Shown here piece by piece: positions 22,466 to 36,783 of a stretch of 64,000 nt of DNA. The DNA is from Chiloscyllium plagiosum (lineage: Eukaryota), in assembly GCF_004010195.1 (NCBI RefSeq), contig NC_057718.1:104100342-104164341 (forward strand). Reading direction: 5' to 3'. Made by a program: the position numbers and the translations under genes. Under the pieces are notes generated by a model. It did no database searches and was not told the DNA's origin. It saw nothing but the letters and a program-made list of their open reading frames with translations. Every line of letters starts with the position of its first letter. The stretch's first letter is position 1.

Positions 22466-25400
22466 ATCTGGACAGACAAGGGCAGCAGATATATACGAAT
22501 ACCATCCCTGCAAGTTCCCCTCCAAGCCACTCACCATCCTGACTTGGAAATATATCGCCATTCTTTCAATGTCACTGGGTCAAAATCCTGAAATTCCTGC
22601 TGACAGAGCATTGTGGGTCAACCCATAGCACACAGAGGTAGTGGTTCAAGAAGGCAGCTCCCCCCACCTCCTCAAGGGCAACTGGGGACGGGAAATAAAT
22701 GCTGGGCCCAACCAGCGACACACACATCCCATGAAATAAAGTTGATTGTTAAACACACAAGTGCGATGTCTGTCAAATGATAAGCTACAGATTGGCTTAT
22801 TCTGCATTGAATGTATGATTAAATTGTATTCAGTCCATTTTATATTGTTCTTCAGAATGTAGAGTGTGTCATTGTTAATGTGCTAATCTCATTTTACAAG
22901 TTAACTATCGCTTAAACTAATGGGACATGACCTTTAATCTTACCAAATCTACAGACTGAGATCTTACCCCAAGGGCCCTGTGTCTGTCATTGGTTAATTA
23001 GCTATGTATCATTAAGAATACCTAGAGAAGTTGAAACACATATTTAAAGATTTCCATGAGCAGTTTCTAACCAGGTCAAAATTCCTGCAAATGTTTCAAA
23101 CATAGACTGCACGATGACTTTAGACTCCAGACACATCAGGACACACCTCGAGACCAGGTAAGACTTGAACCCAGGTTATGTAAACCCACCGCCAAATCAT
23201 CCACTTTACAAATTGAACAGACAACAGGCACTACCCACCAGGGGCAGTCTGACAATGCCAACAATGAAGGAAGGGCAGGTAAACAAGGGAGGGACTAAAT
23301 CAATGGAGCACAGGCGGGAGAAATGGAGCACTCCAGTTGGTCAGACAGAACTTTCTGATTCAGATTCTGCTTCGTTATCTTCGGTTCTCTGTCTGAAGGG
23401 AGGGCCGACACACAGTGCTGCGATTTCCACCAAAGTGAAGACAAGGAGGCAGGTCCTGAAACTATCCCAGTCAGAATGGGGATCGAACCTCAAAATCAAA
23501 CCCAACCAGCCGGGTTGTCTCTGACTGAAAAAAAAACCATTGTTTGTCTGAAATACATGTTAAGACATATTTAATATTACTTATAATGGACATCTTGAGG
23601 CAACTCCAGTCTATTGGATATCCATTACCTCAAATATAAGACTGTCTGTTATTTGCATAAAACATCATCAAAGAAACTGTGTACTTAAAAGCTGATGCAA
23701 TTAAGTATTTCAAATGTTTTAAAAGAAATGTTGGCACTATTTATGGACAGCTGTCAGTTGTAAAAATCCACATTTAAGGAATCTAGACATTGACACGTAT
23801 TTAGGAATGACTATCGATTGTCACAAGTTCTAACTTTGTCACTATCAGGTTTTAAGCAGGTATTTAAGGATATGCAAACATTGCATGAACCCCCTTTTGA
23901 GAATATCTTGATCATGTAACAAATCCTTGCAACCACACCTTTAAGGATGTTTGTAGATCCCTTTAGCCACTCACATTGTAGAACACAATGACTCTCCCTG
24001 ACAAAATTAAAACACAAGATAATGACTCCGGATAAAGCACCAGCAGCTACTGAGGCAAGAAAGGGTATACTAGCCATGACACGAACCATTCTTGTACAAT
24101 GTCGACAGATTTCTTCAGATAGATAGTTGCTGACAGGAAAACTTAGATACTTATTCAAGGGTGTCTAAAATCTGTCCGTATAAGTGTCTCTTTACTATCT
24201 CTACATATTAAAGGCTGTCAAGAAATTAAACCAACACTCATAAAGGCTTTCTAAACCCTGTTTAAATGCACGTTTAAGGTTGAACAGATACTGCCTCAAA
24301 GTTGTTCTGAGATATTCCAGTACATTAACCATTTTTCAGATTTTGAACACATTTGTTCAGATTTTTCTAGGTTCCTGGCAGCAATTGTACACTGCTACCT
24401 TTTTTTGGAAGGATAGATGTTTAACACTAAACATCGGAAGCCCCTTTCAACAAATGATCTAATTTTATACCGAGCTGCCTCAAGAAGGTGAAACCGTCAT
24501 TATGTTAGGTTAGTTACAATTGTTGCCACTTAGCAGTTGCTTTTGAACAAGGGCTGGAACTGTAAAGAATTATGGCTGACTAAAGAGATTAATAGAGCTA
24601 TGAAATGGAGCAAACAGCATGCATTTTATCTGAGACCAATCATACAAGAAGCATATTGCAATTGACTGGATGGCATAAATTAAATATTACAAGGGCTTAG
24701 TGAGGTATGACTTTTTAATCCATCTGTAGTGTCTATTCCGTTTTAAAATGAATTAAAATATATAAATACCGCAGCCATGGTTAATCGGCAAGAACAGCAA
24801 AATGCTTTAGTACTTAAAATAAGGCAGTGATGAATGGGAAGGTGTACATTTATTATGAGTTTTAGCACACCAGGGACTGCTTTAGCATGATGTGAAGTCT
24901 AGTGCTAAAATGGACCTTTGAGTTTGTCAGATGACAGGTTGGTGTGTGTAATCTTAACTTTATGTTGTAATTTAACGATGCACTTTCCTTTGTTGGTCGC
25001 AATTCTCCTCACTTCAAAGCAGCAGCTCCAAAGCAGAACAAAGGAAGGTTTATCAGGCTGAGAGAAATGGTGTTTTGATCAAACATGATGGAATAGTTGC
25101 AGATTAATGAGAGTGCACTTCTGGTCTGAACCCTAACGCATCCAACAATGGGAAAAACACAGGTGCCTGCAGTTCCCACTCGGACGTGTGAGATTTTCCA
25201 ACACAGTTCATCTGAAATTGGCACCATCGGGCCAAGCAGTGGCAGAATTTTAAGTGTATAAATTAGGTTTCCAGCATCTATTGAAGATAATGCAGCAAGG
25301 AGCTGTCTGTGCCCAAGAGTGAATTCAGCTGGAGTGCCCGCTGATTGTTCACATTTGGGTCTTCAAGACATTAAAACTGGATTCATTTGTAGGCAAAGAC

Positions 25401-25699
25401 TCTCACAGGCTCCATATTAAAATGTTACTTTGTCAAAGCGTTTTGTAAGCACTACCCCAAAACTGACTGGGAAACCGGTTCGCATATTTTTAGAAGTCAG
25501 TCTCCATCATTTAAAATCAGGTTTCTCTCAGAAGCTGGAATGATGCTGTGATTTAAACTGTTTCTTTGTTTTGGGCCATACCTACTTCCAGCTGTGTTAA
25601 TCAAATTGCCACCAAGTTGGCAGCTTCAACTCTATCTATGTTCTTTCAAGTTTTTTTTTTAAATGATGTATACAATAGCCCGTACTCTGCTAAAAGTGC

Positions 25700-25988
25700 A
25701 AATAGAATCATATGATCCCCATAGTGTGAAAGCAGGCCATTCAGTCCATTGAGTTCACACCAACCCTCAAAAGAGCATCTCACCAAGACCCACGCCATCC
25801 CCATAGCTAATCCACCCAACCTGTACATCATCAGATCATGGGAGGAAACCGGAGCACCCAGAGGAAACCCACGCAGACACGGGGAGAGTGTGCAAACTCC
25901 ACACAGACAGTCGCCCAAGGCTGGAATCAAACCCAGGTCCCTGGCACTGTGAGGCAGCAGTGCTAACCACTGAACCACTGTGCCACAC
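25700..25988 (-). mobile_element. HE1-type V-SINE
   Basis: Reverse complement of tRNA head and V domain. Confidence 0.9.
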
Positions 25989-25989
25989 T

Positions 25990-26645
25990 TAGGAGCAGGA
26001 AAAAACCATTCACCCTTTGGGCTTGTCCTGTCAATTCAATAAGATCATGGCTAATCTTTTGGTCTCAACTTCACTTTCCCGTTTACCTCCTGTACCATCT
26101 ATCAGAAATCTCTCTCACTCAGCCCCAAACTGATTCAATGAGCCAGTGTCCTTCCCCTTCTGGAGAAGAATCAAGAATTATGGGGCAGGGTAAGAAAGTG
26201 GACATGAGGAATGCCAGATCAACCATTATCCGATTGAATAGCAGAACAGGCTTATGGGGCTGAATGGCTTATTCCTGTTCCTATTTCTTATGTCCTATGG
26301 TCCTATGATAAGAGAATTTCAGACGAACAGCCCTCTGTGAGAAAAGAATTTATCCTCATTTCTTCCTTAAACAAAAGACCTCTCATTCTGAAAATGAGTC
26401 CCCTAGCTCTAGTCTCTCTCACAAGAGAGATATCCTCTTGATACCCACCCTATCCAGACCCCTGTTTTAATAAGATCGCTCAATCTTATAAAGCCTAATG
26501 GGGACAGGCACAGACTGTTCAACTTGTCTACATAGGATGAAACTCTTAACTGTGGAGCTAGTCAAATGAACTTACTCTGAACACCTTCAAACAAAATCAC
26601 ATCCTTTATCAATAAAGAGACAAAAACTGTACACAGTACTCCAGA
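25990..26645 (-). mobile_element. Decayed CR1 3' fragments (with an opposite-strand tail at about 26170-26305)
   Basis: Similarity to 10695-11140. Confidence 0.6.
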
Positions 26646-27239
26646 AGCAAAAACAGAAGTTTCTGGAAAAGCTCAGCAAGGCTGGCAGCATCTGTGAAGA
26701 GAAATTAGAGTTAATGTTTCGGGTCTGGAGACTGTTAGTATTCCAGATACTCTCTCACTGAGGCCCTCCCCTCATGTTCAATTCTCCTGCAATAAACAAC
26801 AAAATTCCATTTACCTTCCTAATCACCTGCTGCTCCTGTCTTAGTGATTCATGTGCTATGTCATCCAGATCCCTCTGCTCCAGAGTTCCACACTCTCCAT
26901 TTCAGTAAAATGCTGCTGCTATATTCTCCATGCAAAGTGAAAAAGGTCAATTTATACATCATCTGCCAAATTGTTGCCATGCACCTAATTCATTGCCACC
27001 ATTTTGCCAACTTTCTGTTTCTCCCTGTCAATTCACTTTGCTACTGATCTTCCCATCACCTTTTACACTGTGTTGCATTGTGGAAACAAGGCAAGGTGCC
27101 TTTTGCATAGAAGCTGCAGTGTGTGAATAGGACAGAAACACTTTGGACAGTACCTCCCTTGCCCTACAGGGGGTGGCTGTGAACTTGGTATGGGCAGAAT
27201 GATTGGGGATAGTAACATCAGGTGGGCTAGAATTCCTCC

Positions 27240-27548
27240 AGTGTGCAAAGAGGCCATTCAGCCCATCAAGTCCACACTGACCCTACAAAAACCATCCCAC
27301 CCAGACTCATCCCCCTACTCTATCAGTCTGCATTTCCTATGGCTAATTCACCCAACTTACACATCCCTAGATACTATGGGCAATTTAGCATGACCAATCC
27401 ACCTAACTTGCACATCTTTGGACTGTGGGAGGAAACCCACACAGACAAGGGGTGCAAACTTGATACCAATGGTCACCTGAGGCTGGAATCGAACCTAGGT
27501 CCTTGGTGCTGTGAGGCAGCAGTGCCAACCACTGAGCCACAGTGCCAG
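27240..27548 (-). mobile_element. HE1-type V-SINE (decayed)
   Basis: GCTGTGAGGCAGCAGTGCCAACCACTGAGCCAC head and partial V domain. Confidence 0.85.
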
Positions 27549-28439
27549 CCCAATGTGCACATTATGGGGATTGTGCATTCACAACTGCAAACTTGAATCT
27601 CTGGCTCCTTGATGGAAACATCTGTTGAATGATTATGTTAAAAAAAACACCTGTTGGACGATAACCTGGTATCATGTGACTTCTGATAATATTGCAAACA
27701 ACATTTCAAAGAGGTGGCTTCACTAATAACAAGTACAGTAGTAAACAATACTTCATCCAGCAACAGGTTAACAGCCTTGAGTACAATCCAAGTTGTGTAT
27801 ACAAATTTCAGTCAATGGAAAACATTCAATATGTTGTGTATAGACCCCCAGACCCTCCTTCATGTCTAACATGGCCATGCTTTGGTGATGAATAATATCC
27901 CAACTGCCCCTTGGATCAGCAGCTGCTTTTCCATGAAAATGATATTATGGTAACTGAGATCCAGACAAGAGTGGGCAATACTGCAAGTCCATGGTGTCTG
28001 AAATATTGCACATGGCTATGCACAAAGACATTGTAAATTGCCTCCCATTTCTGCTGACAGAGGAGGTGATTTTAAGTTGCTGTCAGGTCATATTTTGGAT
28101 TAATTGTTCTAGATCCTTCCAGCACTGAGATAAGGTCATTCATTGCTAACTTCACATGGGGCCCCACCATCTCACTTTAGCTGTTTGATATGTAAAATTG
28201 TGCCAAAGACTTGACTGTGTCAGTCTTTATAATCTAGATTTCTGAGTAATTCCAAACCCAGGCTGAAATCTCAATTGTTAGCCAAAGCAAATCTCATTAC
28301 TGAATAATTGTTGCTTAATACTTCAGCTTTTTATAAGAGCCCATGGTGTTTGAGGTTGTATATTAGCACGCGGATAGAGGATGGCTAACTAATAAAAGAC
28401 AGAGAGTTGGAACAGTGTTCAGGACAGTAATCTGCAATT

Positions 28440-29445
28440 GCTTTGCTGCATGGATCAGTATTTATATTTATAACAAACATTACTGACTCAGATAAGGGAA
28501 GTGAATGTACAGTGGCCACATTTGCAGATGACACAGAAATAGGTGGGACAGTAAGCACTGTCGTAAAGGTGACACAGATTCTACAGACGGATATAGACAG
28601 GTTATGTGAATGCACAAAAACTTAGCATATATAATATAATGTGGGGAAGTGTGAGGTTATGATCTTTGGCAGGAAGAATAAAGAGCTGAATATTCTCTCA
28701 AAAGGGAAAGCCTGCAGAAAGCTATAGCACAGAGGGATTTGAGATTCCTCATCTGTAAATCACAAAAAGCTCACATACAAGTTCAGCAGGTAATACAGAA
28801 GGCAGATGAAATGTTGGCCTTTATTTCAAAGGGGAGTGAGTATAAAAATAGGGAAATCTTGCTAAAACTATACAAGACACCAGTCAGACACCAGCTGGAA
28901 TACCTTAACCATGCTCTAAAGTGCTCTATACATTGAGGATCCCCTTATGTAAGAGAACACAGACTGGCATTGGAGGCAGTCCAGAGAAGGCTCACTTGGC
29001 TGATCCTGGGTATGAAGGAGAGATGAGGAGATTGAGTAGGTTGGGCCTGTACTCATTGGAATTTAGAAGAAATTAAAACACACAAGGTTCTCTGGAACTT
29101 GACAGGCTAGACGCAGAAAGGTTGTTTTTCCTTGAGGGAGAGTTTAGGACCAGAGGGTGCAATCGCAAAGTAAGGAGTCACCCATTGTAGACAGAGATGG
29201 GGAGGAATTTCTTCTGTCACAGGATTGTAGAATTCTTTACTGCAGAAGGCTGTCAAGGTTGGGCTATTAGATGTATTCAAGGCTGTGATCGACTTTTGAT
29301 CAGGAAGGGAGTCAAGGGTTTTGGGGAAAAGGCAGGAAAATGGATTTGATGATTATCAGATCAGCCATGGTCTCGTTGGATGGAGGAAACATTTCAAAGG
29401 GCCAAATGTTGTACTTCTGCTCCTATACCTTATGGTCTATGGTCT
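28440..29445 (+). mobile_element. CR1 RT and 3' end, decayed
   Basis: VATFADDTEIGG, LQTDIDRL, LKLYKT..LEY, 3'UTR with ATGGTCT tail. Confidence 0.88.
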
Positions 29446-31069
29446 ACTTCCTAAAGAATGTACAATAATGTCCGTGTCTGCAATTGCCAAACATCAAAAT
29501 GGCAACTGTGTACATTTGCTAAATGTCGAGAGATCACTTCTGCATTGAGCCACAACATCACAATCTTCTATCAAAACAAATATTAAAATGCAAAAGTAAG
29601 TATTCTAGTCAAAAATAATTAATTATTCATACAGAATATTCACACAATCATAATATTATTTTTGTCATGCATGCATTATTAACTGGATTATATTACTGTA
29701 ACATCATCAGTTAAATAACATTAATCACAACATTATTTTTATTATCATACATTATTAATTGCACCCTGATATATTGTTACTGCAAAGATCATCAGTTGAG
29801 GAAAGAAGATTGCTTCCATGTTCTCTACACTGCTGGGAACAGTAAATGACATCATTAGAGTTTATTGAGGGGGGGGGGAAGAGGTGTTCGCTGAGGATTT
29901 ATCACATGACACGTGTGCCTTTCACTGCTGACAATTGCCAATAATGTTTCTTCTGTAAGGATCGTCAGGGCCATTGCCTCTTTGTTTCCCATCCAATCCT
30001 GCACAGCGCCCTATGTATGGAAAATCAAGGAACTGAAATATTGGTCACAAGAGATCCTCTTGGTCCCATCTCCAGTCACAATTCCATCAGCTAATTCCAC
30101 TGAACTGTGCTTATACCGTCATTAAAAAAAATACATGAATAGACCACTCTGGGCTTAATGTTTTGCCCTTTTAAAAACAGATCACTCCCTAAGTAGTTTA
30201 CCTGTTGTCAGTGATAGAGTACGTGTTTAGGTTATTGTAATTATTAATGGTATATTCACGGGTATAATAGGTTTACCATTCACACTGTATTTTATTGTAT
30301 TCTTTCCAGGGATGTGGGTTGTGCTGGCTGGAACAGTATTTATTACACATCCCGAATTTCCCTTGAGAAGCTGGTGATGAGCTGCTGCATTGAACTCACT
30401 GCTGTCCATTCATTGTAGGGACACCCACAATGCCCTGAATGAGAGAATTCCAGGATTTTGACTCAGCAGTGAAGGAACAACTATATATTACCAAGTCAGG
30501 ATGGTGAGTGGTTTGGAGGGGAACCTGTAGGGGATAGTGTTCACATGGATCTGCAGCCCTTGTCCTTCTAGATGGAAGTGGTTGAGGGTTTGGAAGGTGT
30601 TTTCTAAAGCTATGATCAAATGGGCTAATATTTCTCTTAGTTGGCATTTCTAACAATGTCTCCCTAGAGGGGCTTGGTATCAAACATTGTTTTGTAACGC
30701 TCCTGTGAAAAGCTTTGGAATGTTAAAGATGCTATAGAAATGTAAGTTGTTGTTGTTGAAACTTTAAACCAAAAAGGGAACAGTTTATGGCAACACCAAC
30801 CAGAGAATACCTTCCTGCAGTTGATCGGGAAGACAGCAGACCAATGCCTGTCGCTCCATTCAGGATCAGTGGAGATGGGGAAATGATTCCTCATTCATTG
30901 CTTTCATACAGCAGATTAAAGATAGTCTCGTGACCACAAGGACCTTCATCGAATCACACTCCCTTCCTGTGAAGGATGTGAATGGAGAATGAGACAGACT
31001 GATCTGACTTCTGCCCTTCAATAACAGGGAGTGGGTTAGCTCAGTTGGCTGGATGGTTGGTTTGTGACA

Positions 31070-31957
31070 TATCGTTGATAGTGAGGAAGGTTATCAAAAA
31101 TTACAGAGGAATCTTGATCAGATGGAAATGGGCTGAGGATTGGCAAATGCAATTCAATTCAGATAAGTGTGAGATGTTGCACTTTGGAAAGTCAAACCAA
31201 GTTAGGACGTATACAGCAAATGGTAAGGTCCCGAGGAGTGTTGTGGAACAGAGGGACCTCGGAGTACAAGTACATAGTTCATTGAAAGCAGCGTCCCAGG
31301 TAGACAGGGTGGTGAAGAAGGCATTTAGCATACTGGCCTTCATCGGTCAAGGTATTGAGTGTGGGAGTTGGGATGTTATGTTACAGGTGTATAAGTCATT
31401 AGTGAGGCTGCACTTGGAGTGTTGTGTACAGTTTTGGTCACCCTGTTATAGGAAAGACATACTTAATCTGGAAAGAGTCCAAAGAAGATTTACAGGGATG
31501 TTGCCAGGACTGGTAGGCCTTAGTTATAGGGAGAGGTCAGCCAGGATAGGACTTTATTCCTTGGAACATAGGAGAATGAGGGTGACCTCATTGAGGTGTG
31601 TAAAATCATGAGAGGCATAGATAGGTGAATACATATAGACTTTTTCCCAGGGATGAGTAATTGAAAACTAGAGGGCATAGGTTTAAGGTGAGAGGGGAAA
31701 GATTTAAGAAGGACCTGAGGGGCAACTTCTTCATGGAGAGAGTGGTGTGTACATGGAATGGGCTGCCAGAGAAAGTGGTTGAGGAAGGTATAACAGCAAC
31801 ATTTTAAAAACATTTGAATAGGTACATGGATGGAAAGGACTTAGAGGGTTATGGTCCAAATGCTGGTAATTGGAACTAGCCGAGTTGGCACCCTGGTCAG
31901 CATGGACCAGATTGGGCCGAAGGGCCTGTTTCCATGCTGTATTACTCTATGACTCTC
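31070..31957 (+). mobile_element. CR1 ORF2 3' half and tail
   Basis: WQMQFNSDKCEMLHFG..QRDLGVQVH..LECCVQFWSP..; GGGCCGAAGGGCCTGTTTCC and ACTCTATGACTCT tail. Confidence 0.93.
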
Positions 31958-32326
31958 CACAACCTCTCCCCTTGCCTGATGCGTGGTGACCCTCAGGTTA
32001 AACCAGCACCGGCCATCTCTCTGTCATGGGAGACTGGGACTATCACTATCTACTTCAAAGTGAAGTTCCAGTACCAACAGCACATTCATTTCCAAGTGCT
32101 CCAGCTCTTTCCCCCTCTGGAAAAGGGATAGCGAGTTTGAGAAGTATTTGTAAAAGAATGGAACTAGACTAGTTTAACATGTTAGATAAGTTTATCCTGC
32201 GTTGCAAGCTCTGGTAATGGAAAGTAGACAAGGAGGTCAAACTGGCACATCAAAGATCCACAGCTCCTGGTGAATGGTTTCATGGTGCAGAGGGATTGGG
32301 CAGAGGAGGAATACACAAAGAATAAG

Positions 32327-32540
32327 GAGCTGGAAATGTGTTGCTGGAAAAGTGCAGCAGGTCAGGCAGCATCCAGGGAACAGGAGAATCGACGTTTCGG
32401 GCATAAGCCCTTCTTCAGGAATCGGGCTTATGCCCGAAACGTCGATTCTCCTGTTCCCTGGATGCTGCCTGACCTGCTGCGCTTTTCCAGCAACACATTT
32501 CCAGCTCTGATCTCCAGCATCTGCAGACCTCACTTTCTCC
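32327..32540. mobile_element. Palindromic PLE family A mini-insertion with hammerhead motif
   Basis: 84-bp inverted arms 32327-32410/32424-32507; 15-bp TSD CACAAAGAATAAGGA (32314-32328, 32540-32554). Confidence 0.9.
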
Positions 32541-33668
32541 ACAAAGAATAAGGAACCTATCCAAGATCATCATACACAAATTGTCCAATACAGCCAGAGA
32601 TGGGGAAATATGTTTTTTATCTCTCAAAGGGCTGCGAGTCTTTGGATATGGAATCTTTCAATATTTTTAAGGGAGAAGTCGAGAGATTTGGGATTACCCA
32701 GGGGATGAAAGATCATTAAGGATGCGCAGGAATGTAGAGTTGAGATTAAAATCAGACCAGCCACAGTCCCTGATCGTTATGTTTGTCTTGGGTCAACCCA
32801 GGATGCTGAGCTGGGAGCTTTGAAGAGTAAGACAGTGACAGAGTATAATGCAAAGAGGTAAAATACACCCAAGGCTGGCATTCCACTGAGATTGCACTGC
32901 CATAGATCTAGCAGGACACCAGTACATTCCCAGGAAACAGTAGAGTAGTTTTAACTCCCTTCCGTCTGTGCCCTGTTCCTATCGGAATCTCCCTGTTGTC
33001 AGTTCCAAGGATGCGCTGCTTATAACCTGACATCATTCCCTCCGTATCGCTGTAACTCCCAGCTCTGCCTTTGAATATCCCCTAACTCCTTCAATTTAAT
33101 GCAGCAGCACACCCCCCAACTTCCATCGCTCCATTGGCGTCTCTGCGCAGCGACATTTGTGTTTGCTGTTGGAGGGAGAAGTTATATTCCCGAATGCAGA
33201 CACTTATTTGCTGACCTTTAACATCCACTGACACACTCAAAGGGAACATCCAAGTGGTGTTAGTCTGCCCACCCGGCTACACCTGGTAAACAGAGGACTG
33301 ACTAACAGGCTGAATGAATGAACATTCTGTACAACTGAACTCGACACAAAATACTTCGCTTGCTGAGAGTTTGAGAGAATGTGGAAGAGCTGATTGATGG
33401 TATTGCAGTTTATAGAATCATTGGAGTTCTACCTTGGAAGAAAGGAGTTTGACTCATGGTCACCGATATCTCTTCAACAGGAGCTACCTACCACCTGCCC
33501 ATTTCAGCGCTCTTTCCCCCCACCCTCTTGGAGCAGAGTGAACGTTTCTGATCCAGGGGTCCTTCCTCAGAACTGATGGCAGCTGGGAAAATGTCAGTGC
33601 CCATGCAGAAGATAGGGTTGGGGGAGGGGTCAAGGAGGAAACGATAGATGGAGGTAGAGCCCAAAGAG

Positions 33669-34153
33669 AGTCATAGAGTCATAGAGATGTACAGCATGGA
33701 AACAGACCCTTCGGTCCAACCCGTCCATCTGACCAGATATCCCAACCCAATCTAGTCCCACCTGCCAGCACCCGGCCCATATCCCTCCAAACCCTTCCTA
33801 TTCATATACCCATCCAAATGCCTCTTAAGTGTTGCAATTGTACCAGCCTCCACCATATCCTCTGGCAGCTCATTCCATACATGCACCACGCTCTGTGTGA
33901 AAAAGTTGCCCCTTAGGTCTCTTTTATATCTTTCCCCTCTCACCCTAAACCTATGCCCTCTAGTTCTGGACTCCTCAACCCCAGGGAAAAGACTTTGCCT
34001 ATTTATCCTATCTATGCCCCTCATAATTTTGTAAACTGCTATAAGGTCACCCCTCAGCCTCTGACACTCCAAGGAAAACAGTCCCAGCCTGTTCAGCCTC
34101 TCCCTATAGCTCAAATCCTCCAACCCCTGGCAACATCCATGTAAATCTTTTCT
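33669..34153 (-). mobile_element. Young CR1 3' end
   Basis: Open frame GLEDLSYRERLNRLGLFSLE..RGDLIAVYKIMRG..NFFTQSVVHVWNELP..GRWD and (CTATGACT)n tail. Confidence 0.95.
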
Positions 34154-36040
34154 GAAGAGAAGGACATTTGGACAGACAAAGGAAACGTTAACTCTGGTTT
34201 CTCTCCACTGATGCTGCGAGACCCCCCTGAGCTGTTTTAGTAATTTCTGATTTCCAGCATCCACAGCTAATTCCGTTTTCAGAACAAAGGGAAGCGTGAG
34301 GCACATCTTGCTGGGGCAGCAGTGATGACCATTGAGCAAGGATAAGGGCCCTGCTGTGCAGCAGATCCTGATGATACTGTGGGGCAACTAGTTACTCGTA
34401 AACCGTCCAGCCAGAAGCACAGTGTGGTTATGTTATTACTGCATAACCAATCCTCCCTATGGTCTGTAAGCGAAAAAGCCCCAGGATTGGCTGGACTGGC
34501 CATAAGTCTGGCCAGGCGGTTGGCTGCCTCAGAAAGGCCTCCATACATATTCCTCATGGCAATGTAGTGAAAACTCCACCGCAGAGCCGAGTACCACACT
34601 ACAGGCTGATGGAATTATTGAGTATCGCAGGATGCTAAAGGAGGCCAGTGGACCCATAACACTGGACTGCTTCTTTAAACATGCTTAGTAATGGGATCCC
34701 CAGGTAGACACAATGAGACACAAGTTCTCTGCTTGACAATTGGTTAAATTAGAGAATGCAGCATTATGTTTATGTTGACCTCCCACTCTAATCCCATCCC
34801 TCAGCTCCTGATCCAAATCCTTATCCAAGTTCCAATGTTTCAGGGAGAGGTCCATGCTCCTGTTCAATGAGTTGGAAGTTTCCACTGGAACAAACAAAGC
34901 TGGGCAGCTCGTTCGAGACACCCAGTCCCCTCTGCGTGAACGTCTGCCCGTCTGTCCTCCCTAATCCCAAACACCTTAATTCTGTGTACCCTAGTAACGG
35001 CCCTCTCTCAGAGGGGTAGCAGCACCTTCCTGGTCTCTCTAGGACCCTCACCAGTTTGTAGACTGTGATTAAGTTACCCTCAGCCTCTTCTGTTCCAAGG
35101 AATCAGTTAACTTTCATTTCCAAGTATCCTTTAAATGGACACGTGGGGAAGAAGGGGATAGAAGGGTATGGGAATGGGGGCAGGAGGCTGGTCTTGGAGC
35201 AGAAACTCTGATTTTGGGCTGAATGGCCTGCCTCGATGCCATACGCTCTATGCCACCCTCAGGATCATGTGTGTTTGTTTGTCCTGTAGCAGAATGTTGT
35301 GTCCAGACACTGTCTACATTGTGGAGCACAGAGTTGCCCAACATGACCAGCCCCCAGTCCCTCTGCAGGGTTTGTCAACAGCTATGGACTACAACAACAA
35401 CCTTTCATCAACATCTCCACCTTCGGACGTCATTATTTAAAACACTTAAAAATGTTGGAAAAACGTGACTCTTCCCTTATCCTCTCACCAGCCAGTACCC
35501 TTCCACTGACACCCTACTTCAACTGACTGAACTGGTCCTCACCCTGAACAACTTCTCTTTCCAATCCTCACTTCCTCCAAACCAAAGGAGTAGCCATGGG
35601 CACCCGCATGGGCCTCTTCGTAGGATATGTGGAACAGTCCGTCTTCCACAGCTCCACTGGCACCACCCCCCACCTTTTCCTCCGCTAAATCGATAACTGT
35701 ATCGGCGCTACCTCGTGCTGCCATGAGGAGGTTGAACAGTTCATCCACTTTACTAACACCTTCCACCCTGACCTCAAATTTACCTGGACCGTCTCAGACT
35801 TCTCCCTCCCCTTCCTAGACCTCTCCATTTCTATCTCGGGTGACCGAATCAACACGGACATTTACTATAAACCGACCGTGTCCCACAGCTACCTAGATTA
35901 CACCTCCTCCCACCCTGCCCCCTGTAAAAACGCCATCCCATATTCCCAATTCCTTCGCCTCCGCCGCATCTGCTCCCAGGAGGACCAGTTCCAAAACCGT
36001 ACAACCCAGATGGCCTCCTTCTTCAAAGACCGCAATTTCC

Positions 36041-36623
36041 NNNNNNNNNNNNNNNNNNNNNNNNNNNNNNNNNNNNNNNNNNNNNNNNNNNNNNNNNNNN
36101 NNNNNNNNNNNNNNNNNNNNNNNNNNNNNNNNNNNNNNNNNNNNNNNNNNNNNNNNNNNNNNNNNNNNNNNNNNNNNNNNNNNNNNNNNNNNNNNNNNNN
36201 NNNNNNNNNNNNNNNNNNNNNNNNNNNNNNNNNNNNNNNNNNNNNNNNNNNNNNNNNNNNNNNNNNNNNNNNNNNNNNNNNNNNNNNNNNNNNNNNNNNN
36301 NNNNNNNNNNNNNNNNNNNNNNNNNNNNNNNNNNNNNNNNNNNNNNNNNNNNNNNNNNNNNNNNNNNNNNNNNNNNNNNNNNNNNNNNNNNNNNNNNNNN
36401 NNNNNNNNNNNNNNNNNNNNNNNNNNNNNNNNNNNNNNNNNNNNNNNNNNNNNNNNNNNNNNNNNNNNNNNNNNNNNNNNNNNNNNNNNNNNNNNNNNNN
36501 NNNNNNNNNNNNNNNNNNNNNNNNNNNNNNNNNNNNNNNNNNNNNNNNNNNNNNNNNNNNNNNNNNNNNNNNNNNNNNNNNNNNNNNNNNNNNNNNNNNN
36601 NNNNNNNNNNNNNNNNNNNNNNN
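36041..36623. other. Assembly gap (N run)
   Basis: Run of n. Confidence 1.
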
Positions 36624-36783
36624 CCTTCCTAACCTGCAATCTTCTTCCTGACCTCTCCGCCCCCACTCCAGTCTGACCTATCACCCTCACCTTGACCTCT
36701 TTCCACCTATCACATTTCTGACGCCCCTCCCCCAAGTCCCTCCTCCCTACCTTTTATCTTAGCCTGCTGGACACACTTTCCTC

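Noticed and set aside
23411..23440. CACAGTG heptamers as V(D)J recombination signals (also about 61313 and 61339)
   Set aside because: No nonamer at 12 or 23 spacing and no Ig/TCR coding segments
35878..36735. 257-aa and 280-aa ORFs
   Set aside because: Their length is an artefact of the N gap; only the first ~54 codons on plus are real PLE RT
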